From the NCBI GenBank assembly GCA_964035545.1, contig OZ037769.1, positions 5,375,929 to 5,439,928 on the forward strand: a stretch of DNA of 64,000 nucleotides. The letters are read 5' to 3'. Both the position numbers and the translations under genes were made by a program. How positions within the stretch are numbered: position 1 is the stretch's first letter; every line of letters begins with the position of its first letter. This stretch comes from Bugula neritina (taxonomy: Eukaryota; Animalia; Bryozoa). This document shows, piece by piece, positions 27,801 to 41,747 of the stretch. The notes under the pieces were generated by a model that saw only the letters and a program-made list of their open reading frames with translations, made no database searches and was not told where the DNA came from.

Positions 27801-28758
27801 TACTTAAAGTTTGCTGATATAATTATTTTATTTATCTCAATGACTTTTTTAAAAAAAATGGATTTATAAACTTTTGATTTTAGCAGTTAGCAGTAAAAGA
27901 GTATTAATTTGTTTGGGGTAGACATTAGCATTTTGCAATGATTTAAATTGTAAAGTTTACTGTGGGATAGAAAAGTAGTTTTACTGAGAGATTTTGCTAA
28001 AATGCTTTCATTTTGATTATAGCTGGTATCTAGCTATATCAATCTGTGTAAATGTGTTACGGCTCCGTTTTGTCTATTTATTTCAAAAAGCAGAATGTTT
28101 TAGTTGATAATTTATATATTAAAACAAACAGCAGTGTGGTGTAGTGACAGTTTTTTTTATCTTTTATATTGTATTTATGTCTCTTAGTTTTGAGGCCAGG
28201 CAAATCATGCTGATTTTAAAAGTTGCAAACCAGTGTCTATCAAAATTTTAATCTTCTCATCGGCCATTTATTTTTTGTAGATAGAGCATTTCTCCTAACT
28301 TTATGTGCAGTGTTATATTGGCAATACAGGTAAGCTTTGCCCTGATGTTGGTTCTATACTAAGTAATTTAGATTGCAGATCAGATTAGTTTTTAGACTTT
28401 TATAAAACGTGACAAGCTGAATGTAACTGACCCCAACATAATGTATTTGTATATAGCATTTCATACTCTAGAGCAAGCGAAAACTGTATTTTAAAGTTTT
28501 TGCTATACTTTTAACTTTCCACAACAAAATTAAATATTAAAAAATTAATTGTTTTATTTTAGAAACAGAGAAAGTGGCCCAGTGATACCACAGACTAATG
28601 AACTAACACCAAAGTTTTGTTCCAGAGAGTTTGGCACTCTGTTAGCAGAAGCCCATCAACTTGTTGAACATCTGCACCACTATTACATAGTGAGACTTTA
28701 CCAGATATGGTCTCCTATAATAAGTATAACATTGTTATAAAAAAACCCATGAAAATTG

Positions 28759-28955
28759 ATATAGTCGCTATCCCTGTGAGAAACCCCTGATGGAAAGGGT
28801 TTTTTAAGCTGGCTAAGGACTTATTTAAATAAGTTACAGGAACAATTATGACTTGATGGTCTTCCTAGCATCACCAATGGCCTTTGTCTGGGCTCCTATC
28901 CATGACCTCTTGTTTACTAAGCAAACGCTCTAACCGCTAGACCACAGCTGCTCTC
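28759..28955 (-). mobile_element. tRNA-derived SINE copy
   Basis: Same family, full-length to CTAGACCACAGCTGCTC. Confidence 0.8.
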
Positions 28956-29577
28956 TTAAAATAACAATGGGATACTATTATAAGTAGAAGTTAAATTAGT
29001 ATATATAGTATCATATAATCGTACTATATATAGATAAAAACTAAGACATTTATAAATGCAATGTATTATAATATTTTGCTGCATGGCACCTAAAAAAACT
29101 TATAAATTACCTTGAACAGAGAAAGTAATAGATTTAATAAGCATTACTTTATCAATTTTTCCCAACTACACATTTTTAGTTTTTTTCCCTATCTTTAAAT
29201 ACTTTAAAGGCATTTTATTCTCACAGTAAGGTGTAACTTCTGAAGATTTTAGATACAAATTAATACTAAATATTATTCGAGAATCTAAATAACTTTTAGA
29301 ACGGCTACTAATTTACAATATTGTGATTAAGATTCCCTTGCACCATTCACAATATTCATAAAGTAACTTTTACTCAAGTCATTAAAAGAAGATTTGCTCT
29401 ATAGATTTTTATTGTTTTATTCTTTTCATCAAAAACATTTTCATTCTTTTCATTTAAAGGAGAATCATGGGAGTTGTCATTTCATATGAGGGCTTTAGTG
29501 CGTAGTTCATAATATTTTTATACCCCTAAGTATAAAATATTATATAGTTTATTTGTTTATTCAATGTTAATAAACTC

Positions 29578-29714
29578 GACAAAGGCCATTTGTGATGTTA
29601 AAAAGAGTATTCAGTCATAATTGCACTTGTGCCTCATCTGATTAAGTCCTTAGCCCGATTTAACAAAAACCCTTCCATCAGGGTTTCTCGCAGAGTTAGT
29701 GACTATAAACTTGT
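29578..29714 (+). mobile_element. tRNA-derived SINE, 5'-truncated
   Basis: CAGTCATAATTGC...AAGTCCTTAGCCCGATTTAACAAAAACCC...GACTATAAACTTG. Confidence 0.75.
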
Positions 29715-29935
29715 GAGAGTTCATCAAATGTAAATATTTATTGATTCAATAGATATTAAATGTTATTTATGTTTATTCAAGTTGTTAAAATATATCCATT
29801 TAATGTTTTTACCTTCTTTTGTTTAAGCATCACTTTCTCTGTTTTGACGATGACGAGAGTGTAGTTAGGACCACCCAACAAGTTTCCTGTGAAGTGACAG
29901 AAGTGAGTTTACTATGATAAAATATTTTGATTAAA

Positions 29936-30083
29936 TTATCCTACAAGCAGCAGAGTTGGGGGTGAATGAGTGCAGCAATCTGATGGTTGCCTAGCTTGAA
30001 GTTGGAGGACCCAACTCCAAACTTGAAAATTTCAAATTACCGCCCTCAGTCACCCCCCAACTACCAGCTGCTTATAGAATAAT
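29936..30083. mobile_element. MITE-like fold-back element
   Basis: ATTATCCTACAAGCAGC..AGTTGGGGGTGA at the left is the imperfect inverse of TCACCCCCCAACT..GCTGCTTATAGAATAAT at the right. Confidence 0.55.
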
Positions 30084-31903
30084 TCGAGTAGCTAGTCTTT
30101 TAGCGGTATAGCGGTATTTATTGGTGTTAATTTGCTCTGAGAGCCGCTTTCAACTTTAATAAATTTGAGAAATTTTATAGCCTCTCACTTTATATAATAA
30201 TGCATCCAGTTTTGTCTGATAGGAAGTTGATTCCTATCAAATTCCATACTGACTTTTGATTTGGAGAACCTGTACTTATCATAGTTATGAACAAGCTTAA
30301 TGCTCCAATTGGCTGGTTTAGGCTAGAAAAGGAAACATCACTCAACGGCTAAACCGAAATAGATGTGGCCTTAAGTCGACTTTCCACCCGAGTTTTATTT
30401 ACTCAAACCAGCTTGATAGGTTAGTCCTTCAACTTACAGATAAAATCAAGGAAGGAACTGCCAAAAACTGTGCACGAAAACAAGTGGTAAGTAAAGCTGG
30501 TTATTCCTATTACATAACTGCTCAATTCTAAACTAATGGTAGTAAAAGAAATTGAATAATTATTAGTACTCATATTGTTTTTAAATTCTAAATCATCACA
30601 ATATTACTTGAATACTAAAGAAAATTATATATTTTCACTATATTTGTTTCTATTGTTGAATTTGGGCTCTATATGAAAGCCCTTGCTCAATCAGACATGA
30701 GCACTTATGATGTGTTTATTTGCTATGCTATGTTGATCAAAAATCCAAAAGCTGTAAAAAGGCGTAAAACATGAATGTTTTAGTAACTTTGCAAATTACA
30801 ATATAGCTCTTGCATGACAGAAATATCCATATCTAGAGTTATCTATCCTTTCATCTACTCTATATCCATGTGTTATTTTATTATAATAATTATGTACTCG
30901 GTATATTCCAATTGAGGTTCTTAAGCAGTAAGCATTAATGCTTACCTTTTGCAAAATCTAAATCGTGCAGTTTAGTTATAATTAGTACATAACAACAATT
31001 AAATAACATAAATAACAATTATTATATAAAAGCATAAATATAAACAGCAATGAGTTGCTCAGTAAAGAAAATGATTTCAGCTGCAACTTTTTATTTAGGA
31101 GAAAGACATCCAATACTATAGAAAGTGCCACACCAACGTACATCACTTGCACGAGGAGATCCTGTGTTTGCTAAGATCATGTGGGTACCAGGTCAACCTT
31201 GAAATTACAGTTTTCAATTACTGCACAATCCATTAATCAACATCTATCAATTACTAATTGATCTCTTATTTGTTTGTATATTTATTGTATTATAGATGTA
31301 ATATATTTGTATTAGTCTACTAGTGTATATACATTTGGTTGAACCAACACAACTTAGGAAATGTTGAAAGACACGAACTTTGTATTATGTAGCTTTGTCC
31401 TCAAAGTGTGTGAACAAACTTAAATTTTACATCAACTGTTGGGGGCTTCTAGTCCAAAAACTTTTATAGCAATAATCAGTGAACGCGTGAATAAAAATTA
31501 TTCATGCTTCTAATAAAATAGAAGCATGAGTTTTCAGTAATTCAGTTTTTTATTGAATTATGTAAGAAGAGAGCTTAAAATAAGCTCTGTACAGATTCAA
31601 ATAATATTTCTCCAGTATTAACAAAATGAAGTGCAAATAAAAGCTATACAGGTAAATAAACTCAATCCATAACACATTTCCAGGACAGTAAAAGCTCAAA
31701 AAAAGTAAAATATTGTGAAAAATTACAAGAATAATTGTCAGTCAAAAGTGAAAAATTAAATTGCTTATATAATGGACACACGATGCTTCAGCTAAAATAT
31801 TACATCAATATATTTCAGTGACCCATTGAGTCATTCCCTGTTTTATTCAATTAACATTACAATATGAAGCAGTTTAAAATCTTGACTAATGATGTATTGA
31901 AGA

Positions 31904-34900
31904 TCATACTTTTTGTGGCTGATCTGGGTAAGGTTGATATTGTGGTGTAACAGCAGCGTCATAAGGTGGTGCAGGAGATTGTCCAGGTGGTGGTGGATCA
32001 GCAGAATATGCAGGATAGGACGAATCCACATTTCCTGTCGGTTCATCAGGGTTCATAGGATGAGTTTCTAATACAAAGATTGATAAATACAAACACACCA
32101 CAAATATTTTATCAATTTCATTAGTCAGTTTACAAAATGTCAATCTAAAAGAAAAAGCAATCTGTAATTCTAAAATAATTGAAAAGCCTTCTGTATGTTT
32201 GCAAGGAAAGATAGCTTCCACACTTGCTCAAGTTACAAATAATTTTATTAATTGTTTTTTGGTAAGATAACAATGTTGCAGGAGTTTTTTGTTGTATCTT
32301 TAAGAAAAGTATTGTGCAATGAAAGCTTTTTGTGAAAGCTTTCACAATAGCTTTATACTGATAGTTTGTGTTTAATGAGTCAGTACAGCTCAATTTTCCT
32401 CTTGTTAAAGATGCAGGCAACTTAAACTTTAAAGTCCAAATAATTGTAAGTATTGTACTATCTTTTGTTTTTAAATTCAAAAATTGAAATTTCTGTCAGA
32501 AATAGCTGTGTTGATTAATGTTAATTTAACAAGATGTTTTTTACAGTTATAGGTTACAGTTTGAGTTTTGTGAGAGAAATAAACTGTTGGCATTAGGCAA
32601 AAGATAGAGTTGTGGCCTGCATCTGCACTGTGCACTGTGCTGATACAAATAATTACTGACAAGTTAAGAAAATTTTCAATAAGCATTTTCAAAACAAGCA
32701 TCAGTAAATGTTATACCTGTTTCAGCTGAAAGCATCATGAGTATAATACACCATGGCGTTATGACAATCATCTGCGTAACTTAGGAGTTGTCATTTACTG
32801 TCTTATGAATTGATCTGTTATATAAAGTGACTGATGTGATTACCTTCCATTTTCTGAGCATCATCAAGAGGGACGCCGTTATTCTCCTCCTCATCGTCTT
32901 TGCAGCAGCAGCTGACGGCTACGCAGCATATGGCTATTGTCACAAATATCACCGCAAGAATTATTCCTATGACAGCTCCAGCTACGCGGCCCCCACTGCA
33001 AGTTAAATACAAATGCAAAAAAAGCAAGCTATTTACAGTCATTTTGAATCTTCTAAAGCAACACATAACAGCTTTCAAATCTTTTCAAAAATACGGAATA
33101 GTAAATCAGAAATGATCAACACCATGAAATAAACAAAGTTTGTTCTAAATTCACAAACAGTGTGTGTTTGCAACTATACATAAGGGAAACTTTTCACTAT
33201 GTCTACATCATACATTGTTAAAATAAATTTTGTCATTCAATATAAAATGGAAGCTTTGAATTTCTAACTCATCAAGCACATCAATTTGAGAAAAAGTAGC
33301 TCAAACAACTACGTTTTGGTAGAGATGGTGTACCAGTATTACAGGCTATTATATTATGTATCAGGGATTTGTCTACTCTTGCTCAACTTTGTGAAATGGA
33401 GTCTAGTCTATTACTGGTTCAAATGCAGTTCAAACCAATTCATGTTACTTAAATATTTTTTTAGCTAGCCACATGTCTGATCTACTGTGACTTAGGTGTG
33501 ACGAATTTGTGACCTAAGTACGTGAGTACTGTCCTTCAAACCTAGATTAAGTTATTACCAAACAATTCTTGTGGTATTACTTGGTTAAATAAATAATATA
33601 TAGTATTAGAAGTTGTCCTACTTAAGTTCAAATTTGCCTCTGGCAATAAAATTCACTCTCTCCGTAACAGTTGAATTTTGATCAGCTGCAAGAAGAAAGA
33701 AAGTTTTCAAAAGTTTAGTATTAAGTGAAGAGAAAAAGGGTTTAGTGGAAGTAGTGATTAAAATGCAAATCAATTCAACTCATGCTTGCAACATCAAGTA
33801 TTCTTAGGCTAAGCAAGTTTACAGTAGAGCAGCAGAATAGACAAATCAGTGAGCAGAGTGGAGATTTCAGAATTGATTTCGTTACTTCTATGGCATTTCA
33901 TGTTAGTTTATGCAATGAGATTTCTTTCAACTCCCAGAGGGAGCATCTATAATATACTAACAAGCTAAAAGCTGCTTGCCTTTGATTAAAATCAATTAAC
34001 ATCCATGCATACAGCATGTTGCTGTTTTATAGCTTGTTTCAAGTACAGTGTACTCCAAAAACTTTATTGCTCTTTGATTGATGAGAATAGATAATGTCTT
34101 ACCGCTGTAAATCAACTGGTTACTGACAGATCGTTCTGTTATTACCTACCACTATAATATTTTAACAAAACACTCTTGAGTATGCACTCTTGAGTATGCA
34201 CTCTTGAGTATGCAGATTGACCATACTTTGCATGTATAATTAGTTTTCATAACTTTGAAAGTATAGTAAGTAGAATTTCACTGACTTCTTCCAATAGCCA
34301 CAGCAGTATTGCTCATCGGCCAGGCCACAGCAGTACGTATCCTTGGGGCTATCTGTGGGGTGGTATGGACAGACAAAGTAGCCCAGTGTCTCTTTCAAGG
34401 TGGAGTTGTCATACCCAGGCAGAGATGTGTAACAAACAGTCGGATCTATGGAAAAGCAAAATTTTACAGTTATCCAACTTGAAAGAACTGCCTTTGGTGT
34501 TTCAGACTGTTCCAATAGATCGATATTATATATTAAAATAAATTTTAACAAGCAATAATGTCAGCAAATATTAAATTTGCGATTAAACAGCTGGCTTATA
34601 TTTTTCAATTTTCTTAGCATTTTGACAAATCGAAATAATGTAAACCTGGAACCCAGCTTTGCCCTAATGGATAAGAACACGGGCTACTATAAAAGCTATC
34701 TTTAGACTATGCCAATTGCCAATAAAGTCATGTGATCAAAATGAATCCAATACTAAATTGGAGCAATGCTCTTGGGCTATGATGCAACCGTTCATCATCC
34801 AAAGTGAAATCCACAGTTCAATAAGATGTTTTGATATAAAATGATGTTAAGAAACATTATTTGGAATTACAACATTGACATCTGAAAAGGACTTAGTAAA

Positions 34901-37521
34901 ATAATAATATACTAGGCATTCAAAGGGGTAAACATATTTAGTAAACTTTAGCTCAGTGCTGCTATAATTAACTCAACAAGTCAAGGAAAAGCTCAACACA
35001 TAGATAAGACTAGCAGTCATTACAGTGAACAATGTGGGTAGTTTGTATACTGATGAATCTACACTGCGCCAGGCTTATTATTTAAATCTGCGATAATTTA
35101 TTACATTTTTAGTTCAATGAGTATTGTATAAACTCTCCAATTATACTAACAATGTAGAGCAAAATCATAGACTCCCCAACACATTCCACCAGAAAGTAGA
35201 GGCCAAAAAAGACGATGTAAAATGTTGAACCTTCATAAAAATTTTCAAGGCAAAACTAACATTTGGTTAAAAGGCCAATGAACTACTGATAATGGAAACT
35301 AGCTTGCATAAAATTAATTTCCTAATAATTGATGGCAAGTTTAAAAGCATATTTTCAAGAAAAGCCATTAAACTAAGTAGAACATTTACTATCTCTTGGT
35401 CTGCAACTACTGTACGTAGTTACTGCAACAGCTACTATAGTGTGACATTTGACGTTACAGCCACTGTGAAAGAGCATTGGCACATTAACTTGGTACTAGC
35501 CAGATGACTTTTAGAGATGAGGCCACCTATATTCTGGTACAATGAAGTTGGACCTCACACAGCTATTGGGCCAATGAGGTTGGACCTCACACAGCTTTTG
35601 AGCCAATGAGGTTGGACCTTTTAGGCCAATGACACAACTCTTCTGGGTAGATATCAACAATAGTTCTGTTTAACCTCCAATATCAACAATTGTAAGCCAT
35701 TTTTTTATCAATTATTATTCTAATAATACTTGGAGAGCAAAAAATAGCAGTGTGGTATTGCTCAGTCCTTTAACCCTCTTGCAAATTCAAATGCCTTGTG
35801 AGGATTGTTATTTTCAAGTATGTTAGCTACCTTCAGTTATATTTCAAGATTTCATATAGTGTTCCTTATTCTGTAACTTGTTACATGTTGTAATACAGGT
35901 CTAACCTCAAAGAGCAGTGCCAAAAGTTGTAACAAAACTCTATCATTTACGTAACTCTTATAGCTGTGTTGGTGCCAAGTGAAGCAATGAATAACACCAT
36001 TCTACTCCTAGTCACACTAGATTTAGTTTGTATAAAACTAATACTTCTGGTATATAATTAGCCTACTGTAATACAAACTCATGAAAAAAACGGTCAGAAA
36101 CTTCTCCATTCAGTAAAACTGAAAGTCTGATGCTAAATATCAAGTTACAACCTTCGCAACTTCTATATTGATTAGTATCATACCAGACTATGTCACGTGA
36201 CTATCCATTAAACATTCTAGTGTAGCATTGCATATTCTTCAATATTAATTTCTTTTCCAAAAAAACCTTGGCAATCAAGCATAGGCAAATCTTCAGCAAA
36301 TAAAAAAACTCACACAAGTTTATAGTCAGCATCCTTGCAAGAAAACCCCTGATGGAACGGGTTTTTGTAAAATCATGCTAAGGACTTATTCATATGAGGC
36401 ACAGGAGCAATTATGACTGGATGCTCTTCCTAACATCACCATTGGCCTTTGTCTTGACACGAACCCATGATTGCGCTAACTAGGCAAACGCTCTAATCCC
36501 CTAGACAAAAGCAGCGAAGACTTAGGATTCAAATTGATTACAAGACGCCTAATAAGAATTGACTTACTCTTCCTAAAGTGTGGTGTACCAACAAATCTCA
36601 GTCTATAGCTAGCCAACCCTGCAACAGGTATATTGGAGGCTAATGCCTTTCTGTACGTGTACTTTGGGATCCTAACACTGGAAACTCTGGAAACTTTGGA
36701 AACTCTGGAAACTCTTATCCTGAACCCTCTGCTAGACACCTGGCCTGAAAAACAAAGGTCTATTGAGTGCAAGAAACAAAATAAGTCATATAGAACTGTG
36801 GAGGTGGAGAAAAGTTTCATCACCTGACAAGTTTTTGATGTCAAGCATTGTCTGACCAGATTAGAAGGTAACTTTAGGAATTTAAAATGTGTTGCATTTG
36901 AGAACATTAATTCTTCAAGGAGGTGACTTGCTTACAAAAAGGGCTTTTTGCAGTTTATATAAAAGAATGATGTGCTAGTATTTTTCTGAAATGTTTAAAA
37001 AAACACATCAATTAGCTATCTGTTGTACAATGATCTGATGTTGACAAGCTACTGACAAACCCTAGCAGGTATTAAAGCTACCCCCCCCCCCATGCGATTG
37101 GACAAGTGATAGAGGAAAAAATGTAGCTAGGGCTTAGACTGGTAGGTTAATATCACATCTGTTGGATATTAAGTCGAAAAAATATTAACCCACCCTTACC
37201 TTTGAAATCTTAGGGTATTGTAACTTCACAAAAAAATTACTAGTGTTTTACATGAAAAGCCGCCAAGAACAAATTACATCAAAGAACTCAATTATAGGGC
37301 TCAAACATTGTATTAGGTTATTTAGAAATTTGCAAGCAGGCCTTTGTTTGGCATAGATTTGGTTTGATATTTGATTGTAAGGGAAATGTTTCAAGTTACA
37401 AATGTTAATAAGAATAGAAGACACATGAAGTGAGTAGCTGGTACACTGTGTCTTCTACCCACGCATACTTACCTAGTGATGAAACTAGAGCTAACAAACC
37501 AAGAAGACATCCAACTTTCAT
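31904..37521 (-). CDS. Shisa-like (Shisa/WBP1/VOPP1 superfamily) single-pass protein, paralogue 1
   Basis: Exons 37473-37521 (signal peptide MKVGCLLGLLALVSSL), 34286-34445 (C..FVCP..YCCG..QYCC), 32844-32995 (TM + CCC), 31904-32067 (Pro/Tyr-rich tail, APPY). Confidence 0.75.
36306..36516 (-). mobile_element. tRNA-derived SINE copy
   Basis: Same family. Confidence 0.8.
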
Positions 37522-38399
37522 GTTGACTTGTAGTTCTTCTGACTTTGGACTGAAAGTAATGGTGGAATAAATATTTAGCAATAACCAGAAGTAGAGGGAG
37601 GCTCATTAATTGTTCATAGTCTAGATTCTAGACTCTAGAGCTAATAGCAACACTGTGCTGATGGGCAGGTTAATGAGTAGATGAAGCACAAAGAGGTTTA
37701 TAAAGCAATTCAACAATTTATATCTGTTAGTATTTCATATTATAGTCTAGAGAAAATTAATGACCTCTATAAATGGCTGATTTATGTTTGTTAGTATAAT
37801 ATCTTAATAGGTGTTTGGCTTAAACTTAGCAGTATCAACAAAACAACTGCTGCTGCTGCTACTGCTGCTGCTGTTATAAGATAAAACTCTGTCTAATAAG
37901 AACTATGATAATAATGTAATACAATTAATACTTAATTCATATCGTTACTTCTACTACTCAGACTGCAAGACATGCATGGAATCATATATTTGTAATGGCA
38001 GCATAATATATCAGCAATAAAGCAGCTGAGTTCTACGCACTATAAGAGCTAGCCAGCGATAGCAAGATGCCCTATTCATAGATAAAACATAAGTTATATA
38101 AATTGAACATATCTAAAGCTAGAACGCATTCCAATTTATTCTTTTGTAGTAGCAGCAAGATGAAGGTTACTAGGACACTGGCTTATAATATACCAAAAGC
38201 AACTCAAAATATGAGAAAGTGATTTAAGTAGTTGGCTACTTGACTTCAATGGTTTTGTCTGAGCCATGACTTAACTTGCTGCAGCATGACCTAGCCCTGG
38301 ATCCTACTAGACTAAACCAGACTCTCTGCTCTAAGGAGGGGTGAATATATCTACAGTTTTGGCTAGTTTACAAAGTACCCACTCTTACTCTACTTCACA

Positions 38400-38564
38400 C
38401 TTGGGAGCAGCAGTGGAAAAATTGAAATAGCTTAAGTTCTTAAATTTTATTATTAAATTTTAGTTTGGGGCGTGAGTTGAAATTCTCCCAAGAACATAAC
38501 TTCTTTTGCTACATTTCTAATCTAGAATACAGTCTTTTCTCAATTTATCCATTGCTGCACCTAG
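38400..38564. mobile_element. MITE-like element with ~25-bp imperfect TIRs
   Basis: CTTGGGAGCAGCAGTGGAAAAATTGA versus the reverse complement of TCAATTTATCCATTGCTGCACCTAG. Confidence 0.5.
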
Positions 38565-41500
38565 CCCTACTTCAAATCAGTGGAAATATATTATTTTTCA
38601 TAAGAAACAAAACAGAAAATACATAGTTGCATAAAATTATAATATACTAGTAACAGAAGCAGAGTGAATAATATTTATATTATAGGGGCCGCCTGTTGAA
38701 CAGCCCTGGTCTATAACACTCACTAGACTTGAGTATTTAACTTATTCTATTGGTGCTCAGAAATCAAGCAAGATTAGCATCAAAATAGAAACGAGAACTT
38801 AGAACATGTATACACTTCCTTTAAATCGTTGGTTTGTCATATCATCGCCAGCTCCCTATCATATGCTATCTTTTAAAGCCACTTTTAAAATTTCACAGCT
38901 TTCAAAAATGGAAGAATCTAGATTGAACACCTGTCATTGTCAATAGGCTATTTTAATTTATAATTATATCAATATTTTGACACCATAAAAGACTATGACT
39001 GCTAGCACTTAGTCTACACGCAACCAATATTTTAATACTAATAGTACTAATAGTAATTCTGAATTCCAATAACCTATAAAAATTGCTTAAGATTGAAGTT
39101 GATGGCAGCAGTTACTCCTATAGACGAAGTTACTGCAAGAATGAAGCTACCTATAGCACTACAGTATGGATATATGGGCTGCTTACTTGCTTTTTACTAA
39201 AGTTGTTGTACGTTTAAATCCGTCCTCAAGCCTAGTCTTCGCTTACTCCAACCAAGTCTTGACCTATTAACATTTAAATTCTACTATACGGACGGCTTGC
39301 TCTTTACTGATTGATCGCAATGACGCAGCTGCATAAATGGCCTAGATTCTCTCGCAAACGCGTTCTCAATAACCACAATAATAATAGCATGCCCTTTTAA
39401 TAGGGCATTTTCAGTACATGCCGTCACTCTGTTATGATTAAGTGTTGAGTGTCATTGGACTGTGTCAACAAATACAACACACAACTCGGAGTACATACAT
39501 CCTTGTACTGCGATATAATATGATCCACCTCACTGACCACACCATTCGCAATATGATATACTAATCTAGCTATCGTTATTTGCTCTCCGGGAGATGCTTT
39601 TCATTACATCTCATATACATATAGCATTATAATAATATATTTACCGACATCTATATTATATTATTATTTTGATGAATTTGGCATCTGCATTTTTAATCAT
39701 GTATTAATGTTATTACATTCAGGAATACTGAGTGTGTATATTAAATTTGTTTGCTAATGTTGCAGTAAAGATGTCCCTAGTAATAGAATTAATTTCAGTC
39801 TTGCAGAACTCACAATAACCCCTAAAAGCACTAATTGGTATAGTATAAATGGTTTACTAGGAACTATTACCTCGAACCACACAGCTAACATAGCTAGTTG
39901 TTTTTTGGCCCCACCAAAGAACCTTCTCCACTATTTGTTATGCTAAACTGACAATCTAACCGCCAAATCACTACTAGTAATAGTACTCAAGTGAGCAAAG
40001 TATATATACTAGAATACATAAGATACAATAAATCAATAAAAAGCCTGTCATCACATTATAACAACATTATTGTAGTATATTTATACTTCAAACATATTGT
40101 TTATTATAATATGCAGACATGAATCTAATCACGCATAAAAGACTTGAATTATTATATAATTGCATATATAGTTCTTATATCAAGAATTAGGAGCTACATA
40201 GATATGTTTTCTAAATTTTAGTGAAAACCTCTATAATGTGGTCTATCTGCTGTAAGATGAAACACTTTCGTAGAAATTAAATGAGAATTAAACTTGCAAA
40301 CAAAATACTTTTGAAAGTGCTATAACAAAGATAAGGGTTTCAATATATTAATAGTCAATAAATAGGTTGATTTAATATCTTTGATTAATTAGGTAACGTT
40401 TATTTCAGTAAGATATGGATATAATCTTCTCTTAATCTTAAATTTTATATTTCATATATGATTTTAAAAATGCTTTTATATAACTTGGATAATAAACTAA
40501 TAGTACAAGCAATAGAAGTTCAAACTAGTTAGTGACTTCAATTATAATAAAGTACATAGCATGGTAGCCTGAAAACAGTTGGTACATGCAGCACTGAAAC
40601 CAAATATCGAAGTATAACAATATAGTATATAAATGTAGTAAAAGCAAATCTTACAAAAACTATAACTGGTAAATTTGTGGGAGAAGCTTGATTTCTGCAA
40701 ATATACTGCCACCAAAGCTGGTAAAAGCCGTTTCAATGTTATCCTAATATTAAGTGCAATTTGAATTTTCTGCTTTGCATGGGAAGGCAACTGCCAATGC
40801 TTGGTTGCATGTCATCTTTTTGTATTTTCAATTAGTTTGTATATTGCTTATCAGAGCTCTGTTGAAAATTTAAGAAAAAAGAAATCATATATGTAAATGA
40901 ATATTTCACAAAAATCTCAATATAGCTGCGCTTTCGGTCTGCTTTGGTGAGGAATAAATAATGGAGACTAATCACTTAAAATATGGTATGAAGTTCAGAG
41001 TTATCTTTCTAGGCATAAATTAATGTTTTTATCAGTTTTTGCTATTTCAATGTTACAATATTTACACAAAATTTCATATTATTTAAGTTTACTTATGTTA
41101 TCGCTTTCCAAACTTTAAAAATCAGGAGAGTTGCACCGTTGGGCTGGGATTCATCATAATATAGAAATAATATTATAGTTTCATTCATTTGAGTTGTTTA
41201 GCATCAATGCTACATTGGAGTTGTGTTTCACTCAGCAGCTCAAAGTAAATCATTCAGATTTTGTTTCACTGACATTTCCATAGTGCTTAGTGCCATGTTC
41301 AAGGTAAAGCTCAGCATATGTTTTGTGACGTATTATATTGTAGACTTTTTTTGTATTTTATTATAACATAGATTGCTATAACATTGAAAAATAACTAAAA
41401 ATTATACCTAAAAATACTTATTACCCAAAATTAAAACAGTCGTTTTAAACACAAACAAAAAAATATTATATAAAATTGAGAAAAAAGCTTTAATTGTTAA

Positions 41501-41747
41501 ACTTTTGATTAAATTTTATCACAATCACAATTCAAAAATTTATGCATCAAAGAGAGCAAGATATTTGTGGCCGTATTATAGCAATAAATAAAAAGTACAT
41601 AATTCACAAAGAGCCAATATCGACTAGCTGTCTCAGACCGACTGTTATCATCAAATATCATAATTATAATTAGCATTCTGTGCAAGTAGATGAGATGATA
41701 ACTTCTTCTATTAATGTTGGAATTCTGTTTAGACTCTTGCGGAATCT

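Noticed and set aside
34172-35630. Short tandem repeats (14-bp x3 at 34172; ~31-bp x3 at 35520-35630)
   Set aside because: Ordinary intronic minisatellites with no further structure.
36476-36907. 143-aa ORF with RVS repeats
   Set aside because: Intronic, includes a 9-bp microrepeat and runs into a SINE; no protein motifs.
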